Positions 55,122 through 64,000 of a stretch of 64,000 nucleotides of DNA are shown here, piece by piece (the first letter of the stretch is position 1; each line of letters opens with the position of its first letter). The stretch spans positions 17,546,001-17,610,000 of the forward strand of contig OZ024763.1 in assembly GCA_964016885.1 (NCBI GenBank), written 5' to 3'. This DNA comes from Eledone cirrhosa (lineage: Eukaryota). The notes below the pieces were generated by a model. That model was not told where the DNA came from, made no database searches, and saw only the letters and a program-made list of their open reading frames with translations. Both the position numbers and the translations under genes were made by a program.

Positions 55122-57475
55122 CTCATCGTTTTGACATCCACTTTTCCATGCTCTCATGGGTTAGATGGGTCCTTCTCAGCACAGCATCTGTCCCCTTATT
55201 GTGTTCCTTCATCATCTCCTCTGCCATTCTTGGTGATTTGAGGTCCGTCCTCACAACCCCAATGTAGGTCTGCCTTGGTCGCCCTCTTTTACTGGGCTTC
55301 TACTGGGATTTCCTGGCATTTCTTCACCCATCAGTCATTGTACATGCGAATCACATGTCAGTACCTACACACTACCCCTGCCCAGGTATTTCTCTGTCTA
55401 CCTCTACTGCAATTTCCTTCCACAGGCATTTCCTCGCACTTCTTTACCCAGCTGATATAATCTCTCCTGCAAACCATCTCAGATTCCCCTTAAACCCAGC
55501 TTCTCTCTCAGCTCTGCCTTTCTCTCACATTTACATTGCACATCCCATGTCTGTACCAATGCACCCTTCTCTCCTGCACACCACCTCAGATTCCCCTTAA
55601 ACCCAGCTTCTCTCTCAGCTCTGCCTTTCTCTCACATTTACATTGCACATCCCATGTCTGTACCAATGCACCCTTCTCTCCTGCACACCACCTCAGATTC
55701 CCCTTAAACCCAGCTTCTCTCTCACCTCTGCCTTTCTCTCACATTTACATAGCACATCCCATGTCTGTACCAACGCACCCTTCTCTCCTGCAAACCATCT
55801 CAGATTCCCCTTAAACCCAGCTTCTCTCTCAGCTCTGCCTTTCTCTCACATTTACATTGCACATCCCATGTCTGTACCAACGCAGTCTTCTCTCCTGCAC
55901 ACCACCTCAGATTCCCCTTAAACCCAGCTTCTCTCTCAGCTCTGCCTTTCTCTCACATTTACATTGCACATCCCATGTCTGTACCAACGCAGTCTTCTCT
56001 CCTGCACACCACCTCAGATTCCCCTTAAACCCAGCTTCTCTCTCAGCTCTGCCTTTCTCTCACATTTACATAGCACATCCCATGTCTGTACCAACGCAGT
56101 CTTCTCTCCTGCACACCACCTCAGATTCCCCTTAAACCCAGCTTCTCTCTCAGCTCTGCCTTTCTCTCACATTTACATTGCACATCCCATGTCTGTACCA
56201 ACGCACCCTTCTCTCCTGCACACCACCTCAGATTCCCCTTAAACCCAGCTTCTCTCTCAGCTCTGCCTTTCTCTCACATTTACATTGCACATCCCATGTC
56301 TGTACCAACGCAGTCTTCTCTTCTGCACACCACCTCAGATTCCCCTTAAACCCAGCTTCTCTCTCAGCTCTGCCTTTCTCTCACATTTACATTGCACATC
56401 CCATGTCTGTACCAACGCACCCTTCTCTCCTGCACACCACCTCAGATTCCCCTTAAACCCAGCTTCTCTCTCAGCTCTGCCTTTCTCTCACATTTACATT
56501 GCACATCCCATGTCTGTACCAACGCAGTCTTCTCTTCTGCACACCACCTCAGATTCCCCTTAAACCCAGCTTCTCTCTCAGCTCTGCCTTTCTCTCACAT
56601 TTACATTGCACATCCCATGTCTGTACCAACGCACCCTTCTCTCCTGCAAACCATCTCAGATTCCCCTTAAACCCAGCTTCTCTCTCAGCTCTGCCTTTCT
56701 CTCACATTTACATTGCACATCCCATGTCTGTACCAACGCAGTCTTCTCTCCTGCACACCACCTCAGATTCCCCTTAAACCCAGCTTCTCTCTCAGCTCTG
56801 CCTTTCTCTCACATTTACATTGCACATCCCATGTCTGTACCAACGCAGTCTTCTCTCCTGCACACCACCTCAGATTCCCCTTAAACCCAGCTTCTCTCTC
56901 AGCTCTGCCTTTCTCTCACATTTACATTGCACATCCCATGTCTGTACCAACGCACCCTTCTCTCCTGCACACCATCTCAGATTCCCCTTAAACCCAGCTT
57001 CTCTCTCAGCTCTGCCTTTCTCTCACATTTACATTGCACATCCCATGTCTGTACCAACGCACCCTTCTCTCCTGCACACCACCTCAGATTCCCCTTAAAC
57101 CCAGCTTCTCTCTCAGCTCTGCCTTTCTCTCACATTTACATTGCACATCCCATGTCTGTACCAATGCACCCTTCTCTCCTGCACACCACCTCAGATTCCC
57201 CTTAAACCCAGCTTCTCTCTCAGCTCTGCCTTTCTCTCACATTTACATTGCACATCCCATGTCTGTACCAACGCACCCTTCTCTCCTGCACACCACCTCA
57301 GATTCCCCTTAACCCCAGCTTCTCTCTCAGCTCTGCCTTTCTCTCACATTTACATTGCACATCCCATGTCTGTACCAACGCAGTCTTCTCTTCTGCACAC
57401 CACCTCAGATTCCCCTTAAACCCAGCTTCTCTCTCACCTCTGCCTTTCTCTCACATTTACATTGCACATCCCATG
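55122..57475 (-). mobile_element. RTE 3' fragment whose coding part is amplified as a 107-bp tandem array (about 55463-57475, ~19 copies)
   Basis: On the minus strand the unit reads [29 protein letters not shown]; tail catcgttttgacatccacttttccatgc. Confidence 0.9.
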
Positions 57476-57714
57476 AAACATGACTGCTTCATATAAATGT
57501 ATGTTCCCTTTCTGGGGTAGGGTCTTTTTTTTTTAAATATCATGACTTTTGTCCCCCCAAGAGACAGGGAAGCTGTGAAAAAGGGGTTTAGTAACCACTA
57601 CTCTTCTTTCGCTCTGTAATAAATTATTTTATTAAATGGTCCTAATATACCAATGTATAAAATAGAAATATGTTCTCTATCCAAGGTAGGGATTGCCTTT
57701 AAAATATGTCTATT

Positions 57715-58291
57715 CTTGTGTGTGTGTGTGTATGTGTGTATGTGTGTGTGTATTTGTGTATGTGTGAGTGTGTGTGGGTGTATGTGTGTGGGTGTGTGTG
57801 AGAGAGAGTGTGTTTGTGTCTGTCTCTGTGAATGTGTGTGCGTATGTTTGTATGCATGTGTGTGAGTGTGTGTATGAGTGTTGGGATGTGTTAGTGAGAT
57901 AGTGTGTTTTGTGTGTGTGGGGGCATGTCAGTTTGTGTGTGTGTAAGTGTGTGCTTGCATGATTGTGTATGTCACTGTGTATGAGTGTGTGTGTGTGTGA
58001 GAGAGAGAGTGTGTATAGGCATGTGTTTGTGTGTGTGTGCATGTTTGTGAGTGTATGTCTGTCTCTCTGGGAATGTGTGTGTATGTGTGTGTTTCTGTGT
58101 GTGCGTCTGTCTCTCTGTGAATGTGTGTCTGTCTCACTGTGAATGTGTGTATGTGTGTGTTTGTGAGTGTGAATGTGTGTCTGTCTCACTGTGAATATGT
58201 GTGTGTTTGTGAGTGTGAATGTGTGTTTGTGAGTGTGTGTCTGTTTCTCTGTGTAAATGTGTGTGTGTGTATGTATGTGTGTGTGTCTATG

Positions 58292-58322
<31 letters not shown>

Positions 58323-58991
58323 GTATGTGTGTGTGTGTCTCTGTATGTATGTATGTGTGTGTGTCTGTATATGTATGTCTGTATGTGTGTCTGCATATAT
58401 ATGTAAGTGTATGTGTGTGTATGTATGTGTGTGTGTGTGTGTATATATGTATGTAAGTATGTGTGTGTGTCTGTATGTGTGTGTGTGTGTCTGTATGTAT
58501 GTATGTATGTGTGTGTGTCTATGTATGTATATCTGTATGTGTGTCTGCATATATATGTAAGTGTATGTGTGTGTGTATATATGTATGTAAGTGTGTGTGT
58601 GTATATATATATATGTATGAATGTGTGTGTGTGTGTGTGTCTGTGTATGTATGTTTGTATGTGTGTCTGCATATATATGTAAGTGTGTGTGTGTGTGTGT
58701 ATATATGTAAGTGTGTGTGTGTGAATATATGTATGTCTGTATGTGTGTCTGCATATATATGTAAGTGTATGTGTGTGTGTGTATATATGTATGTAAGTGT
58801 GTGTGTTTGTATATATGTATATCTGTATGTGTGTCTGCATATATATGTAAGTGTATGTGTGTGTGTATATATGTATGTAAGTGTTTGTGTGTGTATATAT
58901 ATATATATGTATGTATGTATGTATGTGTGTGTCTGTGTATGTCTGTATGTGTGTGTGAATATATGTATGTGTGTGTGTGTATATGTATATA

Positions 58992-59027
<36 letters not shown>

Positions 59028-59300
59028 TGTATGTATGTATGTATGTATGTATGTATGTGTGTGTGTGTGTTTGTGTATGTCTGCATATATATGTAAGTGT
59101 ATGTGTGTGTGTATATATGTATGTGTGTGTGTGTGTGTATATATGTATGTATGTGTGTGTGTGTATATATATATATATGTATGTATGTATGTCTGTATGT
59201 GTGTCTGCATATATATGTAAGTGTATGTGTGTATATATGTATGTAAGTGTGTGTGTGTGTGTATATATATGTATGTATGTGTGTGTGTGTGTGTGTGTGT
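57715..59300. repeat. (TG)/(TATG)n compound microsatellite
   Basis: Direct inspection. Confidence 0.9.
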
Positions 59301-59459
59301 CACAACAGATAGTAACTTATTGAATCCTAATTAAACATTATTGAAAGATATTTTTGCTGGCAGAGAGTTTGGTTGAATGATGGATAGGTTCACCAATACA
59401 TGGTTTGATAGAAATAATGAACTGTGGGGGGAGGGGAGGGGCTGGAGAGGGGGGTAACA

Positions 59460-61140
59460 TTTAGTAGTTATGTGGTGTGTGTGTGAGTGTAGCTGTAAAT
59501 ATGTGTGTGTATGTGGTGTGTGTGTGTGAGTGTAGCTGTAAATATGTGTGTATGTGGTGTGTGTGTGTGAGTGTAGCTGTAAATATGTGTGTATGTGGTG
59601 TGTGTGTGTGAGTGTAGCTGTAAATATGTGTGTATGTGGTGTGTGTGTGTGAGTGTAGCTGTAAATATGTGTGTATGTGGTGTGTGTGTGTGTGTGAGTG
59701 TAGCTGTAAATATGTGTGTATGTGGTGTGTGTGTGTGAGTGTAGCTGTAAATATGTGTGTATGTGGTGTGTGTGTGTGAGTAGCTGTAAATATGTGTGTA
59801 TGTGGTGTGTGTGTGTGTGAGTGTAGCTGTAAATGTGTATGTGGTGTGTGTGAGTGTAGCTGTAAATATGTGTGTGTGTGTGGTGTGGTGTGAGTGTAGC
59901 ATTTAGTAGTGTTGTAAATGTGTGTTGGTGTGTGTGTGTGTGTATGTGGTGTGTGGTGGTGGTGTGTATGTGGTGTGTGTGGTGTGGTGTGAGTGTAGCA
60001 TTTAGTAGTGCTGTAAATGTGTGTTGGTGTATGTGTGTGTGTATGTGTGTGGTGTGTGTGTGAGTGTAGCATTTAGTAGTGCTGTAAATGTGTGTTGGTG
60101 TGTGTGTGTATGTGGTGTGTGTGGTGTGTGTGTGAGTGTAGCATTTAGTAGTGCTGTAAATGTGTGTGGTGTGGTGTGTGGTGTGTATGTGGTGTGTGTG
60201 GTGTATGTGTGTGTGAGTGTAGCATTTAGCAGTGCTGTAAATGTGTGTTGGTGTGTGTGTGTGTATGTGGTGTGTGGTGTATGTGGTGTGTGTGGTGTGG
60301 TGTGAGTGTAGCATTTAGTAGTGCTGTAAATGTGTGTATGTGGTGTGTGTGTATGTGTGTGTGTGTGTGTGGTGTGTGTGTGAGTGCAGCATTTAGTAGT
60401 GCTGTAAATGTGTGTGGTGTGGTGTGTGGTGTGTGTGGTGTATGTGTGTGTGAGTGTAGCATTTAGCAGTGCTGTAAGTGTGTGTGTATGTGGTGTGTGT
60501 GTGTATGTAGCATTTAACAGTGCTGTAAATGTGTGTGTGTGTGTGTATGTGTGTGTGTAGCATTTAGCAGTGCTGTAAATGTGTGTGTATGTGTGTGTAG
60601 CATTTAGCAGTGCTGTAAATGTGTGTGTATGTGGTGTGTGTGTGTGTGTAGCATTTAGCAGTGCTGTAAATGTGTGGGTGGTGTGTGTGTATGTGTGTGT
60701 GTAGCATTTAGCAGTGCTGTAAATGTGTGTGCGGTGTGTGTGTATGTGGTGTGGTGTGTTTGTATGTATGTGTGACTGGTGTGTGTGTGAGTGTAGCATT
60801 TAGCAGTGCTGTAAATGTGTGTGTGTATGTGGTGTGTGTGTGAGCGTGTGTGTATGTGGTGTGTGTGAGTGTGTGTGTATGTGGTGTGTGAGTGTAGCAT
60901 TTAGTAGTGCTGTAAATGTGTGTGTGGTGTGGTGTGTGTATGTGGTGTGTGTGTGAGTGTGTGTATGTGGTGTGTGTGAGTAGCATTTAGTAGTGCTGTA
61001 AATGTGTGTGTGGTGTGGTGTGTGTGTATGTGGTGTGATGTGTGTGTATGTGGTGTGTGTGAATGTGTGACCATGTGTGTATATGGTGTGTGTATATATG
61101 TGTGTGTGTGTGTGTAAGATTTAGTAGCGCTATGAATGTG
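59460..61140. repeat. GT-rich minisatellite: constant motifs (gagtgtagctgtaaat; gtagcatttagtagtgctgtaaat) separated by variable (GT)n
   Basis: Direct inspection. Confidence 0.85.
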
Positions 61141-61181
61141 TGTATATGTGTGTGTCTGTGTTTGTGTCACATTAACAACAC

Positions 61182-61216
<35 letters not shown>

Positions 61217-61232
61217 ATAACATTAGCAACAC

Positions 61233-61265
<33 letters not shown>

Positions 61266-61293
61266 ATATATGTTTGTATAATATTAACAATGC

Positions 61294-61328
<35 letters not shown>

Positions 61329-61569
61329 ATAACATTTGCAACACTATATATGTGTGTGTATGTATATATATATATATATATATGTATGAGTATATAAAAT
61401 ACACCCACACATATATATATGTAGTATTGATGTTGATATATACACATATATACATATATATATACACATATATATATATATATATATATGTATGAGTATA
61501 TAAAATACACCCACACATATATATATGTAGTATTGATGTTGATATATACACATATATACATATATATAT

Positions 61570-61600
<31 letters not shown>

Positions 61601-61602
<2 letters not shown>

Positions 61603-61808
61603 CGTAGGTCCCGGGTTGAGTCGGGGATAACCACAGTAAGTAAGGTACTCAATACATGGCAGAGTAAAATTTTTTTATTTTATAGAAGGAGCTTCTACAG
61701 GACTAGTACTGTTTCATTCAGATGAAATCTTCAGGAAGCTTCCTGAAGATTTCATCTGAATGAAACAGTACTAGTCCTGTAGAAGCTCCTTCTATAAAAT
61801 AAAAAAAT
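61601..61808. mobile_element. Fold-back pseudo-LTR element: spacerless 140-bp palindrome (61669-61808) plus extension
   Basis: Centre ggaag|cttcc; hammerhead on each strand. The left extension reads TACTCT gccatgtatt GAGTAC on the - strand; the right arm ends in (TA)n. Confidence 0.85.
61738..61786 (+). ncRNA. Hammerhead ribozyme motif
   Basis: gcttc CTGAAGA t ttc atct gaa t GAAA cag tactagtc ctg TA gaagc. Confidence 0.8.
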
Positions 61809-61837
61809 ATATATATAGTGTTATACATACACGCACG

Positions 61838-61900
<63 letters not shown>

Positions 61901-62197
61901 GTATCATTATTTTTTCATTGTACATTATTGATCTGTTCCTCAGACAGACTGATTTTTTTTTATGTCTTTTTGTATGGGGGGGGGGGGGATTTATATATGT
62001 ATGTGTGTGTGTATGTATATATGTGTGTGTGTGTGTGTGTGGATGTGTGTATGTATATATATGTGTGTGTGTGTGTGTGTATGGATGTATATATGTATGT
62101 GTGTGAGAGAAAGTGTATGTATGTCTGTGTGTATGTATGTATGTGAGCGAGAGAAAGCATATATATGTATGTCTGCGTGTATGGGTGTATATATGTA

Positions 62198-62228
<31 letters not shown>

Positions 62229-62232
62229 AAGC

Positions 62233-62264
<32 letters not shown>

Positions 62265-62265
62265 G

Positions 62266-62324
<59 letters not shown>

Positions 62325-62326
<2 letters not shown>

Positions 62327-62626
62327 AGGCACATGGCTTAGTGGTTAGAGCATTAGCCTTGCAATCGAAAGGTTGTGAGTTCAATTCTCAGACCGGGTGA
62401 TGTGTTGTTTCCTTGAGCAAGACACTTTATTTCACATTGCTCCAGTTTACTCAGCTGTAGAAATGAGATGAAGTGGACTGGGGTCCCTATCATTCCACTG
62501 CAAAAGTGGTCGTGGAGGTGCCACGGCAAAAAAGCACCCAGCACTCACTGTAAATGAGGTTGGTGTTAGGAAGGGCATCCAGCTGTAGAAATCAAGCAGG
62601 GAAAAGTGGACATAAAATGAAATGAA
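62325..62626 (+). mobile_element. SINE family A copy
   Basis: Same sequence as 37214-37537. Confidence 0.85.
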
Positions 62627-62631
62627 ATATA

Positions 62632-63135
62632 TATCAATAAAAATAACAGACCGGGTTCAGTATGAATCCGGTGATATCATCAGGTACTGGAATATAACAA
62701 AGGAATATGTAAAAAAGCATGGGTCCGAAAAATCAGAGACAGAGAGGACGACTGACCAACTAGCTGCCTTCACCTCGGCCAGTGATGGCGACTGGCCGAG
62801 GTGAAGGCAGCTAGTTGGTCAGCCGCTTTCTCTGTCTCTGGTTTCTCGGACCCATGCTTTTTTACATATTCCTTTGTTATATTCCAATACCTGATGATAT
62901 CACCGGATTCATATGGAACCCGGTCATTGAAATGATCATAGTATAATAAACCTTTCAAGGATTTACACCAGTCCAGCCTCCTGTTATTTTCATTGATAAT
63001 TAACTCCGTATTCGCACCACCAACTACACAAACGAAGATGGGTGAACTGCACTACGTTGAGTACTCTCCATAATATTACACCAACATTGACCATATGGAA
63101 TTCTATCCAGTGGTGAACCAACAAACCTAAAGAAT
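62632..63135. mobile_element. Fold-back pseudo-LTR element: ~135-bp arms around a 7-nt loop (62649-62925), outer arms 62632-62649 / 62981-62998, plus extension
   Basis: Inverted repeat with a ~55-bp deletion in the left arm; the right arm continues AACTCC..gttGAGTACT. Confidence 0.8.
62887..62944 (+). ncRNA. Minimal type I hammerhead ribozyme motif
   Basis: atac CTGATGA tatc accggattc atatg gaacccggt catt GAAA tgatca TA gtat. Confidence 0.8.
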
Positions 63136-63469
63136 ATATATATATATATGTGTGTGTATGAGAGAGAAAATGTTTGTATGTGTGTGTATATATATATGTA
63201 TGTGTCTGTATGAGAAAGTATATGTATTTATGTGTGGGTGTAAAAGAGAGAAAGTGTATGTATGTATGTGTATGGGTGTATATATATGTATATGTGTGTG
63301 TATGAGAGAAAGTGTATGTATGTATGTGTGTAAGGGTGTGTGTATGAGTGCATATATGTATGTGTGTATGAGAGAGAGAAAGCGTATGTATATATGTATG
63401 TATGAGAGAGAGAATGCGTATGTATGTGTGTGTGTGTGTTAATGTATGAGTAAGTAAAAAAAAATCATA

Positions 63470-63900
63470 TCTACACCTCCTTCCCTCCCTCCACCCACAT
63501 CCCTACCTCCCTACCTCCCTACCTCCTCCACATCCACACCTACCTCCGTCCCCCACATCTATACCTACCTCCGTCCCCCACATCTATACCTACCTCCGTC
63601 CCCCACATTTATACCTACCTCCCTACCCCACATCTACACCTACCTCCCTCCCCCCACATCTAAACCTATATACCTCCCTCCCACCACATCTATACCTACC
63701 TCCCTCCCCCACATCTATATCTCCCCCCCACATCTATACCTCCCTCCCCCACATATATACCTCCCTCTCTCCTCCACCCCCACATATATATATTTACCTC
63801 CCTCCCTCCCCCCACATAAAACTTCCTCCTTCCACTCCCCACATTTATACCCCCATCCCTCCACCCCACCCCCATATATATCTCCTCCCCTCCCCCACAC
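63470..63900. repeat. C-rich ~25-bp degenerate minisatellite
   Basis: cctacctccgtcccccacatctata units. Confidence 0.8.
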
Positions 63901-64000
63901 CTATAGTTCTATAATTTCCATATCTTACATATAAAATATTTAAATGTTGTCATGTTTTAATTATTTGTGTTTTTTTTTCTTTCTCACATTTATTTATTTA

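Noticed and set aside
27821-61140. Regular arrays as CRISPR
   Set aside because: No unique spacers, no cas genes, eukaryotic context; units are head-to-tail tandem repeats or have only (GT)n between motifs.

Overview
Eukaryotic, very AT-rich, microsatellite-saturated DNA. The SINE/LINE inventory looks cephalopod (octopus-like); this is an inference. Almost all ORFs in the supplied track are translations of simple or tandem repeats. The only host coding sequence I recognise is one 81-bp exon (29482-29562, +) encoding GSYWAIDNNPSDDPVPSRQKRRRLNER, the end of a FoxJ2/FoxJ3-type forkhead domain, so the window is probably two very large introns. The rest is mobile DNA: a 5'-truncated Penelope-like element (RT + GIY-YIG) with an inverted pseudo-LTR, RTE LINEs carrying a PHD finger, CR1, Tx1/L1 and restriction-like-endonuclease LINE fragments, tRNA/CORE SINEs, TTAA MITEs, a Tc1/mariner-type MITE, a hAT remnant, and tandem arrays grown out of TE pieces. 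The most striking pattern is eight fold-back insertions, mostly unrelated in sequence and all bordered by (TA)n, that share one architecture. One arm ends in (TA)n. The inverted arm runs on into a conserved ACTC(C/T)...GAGT(G/A)C extension. Most carry a minimal hammerhead ribozyme motif. A second pattern is that different retroelement clades occupy different microsatellites: (TA)n, (CATA)n and (GATA)n.
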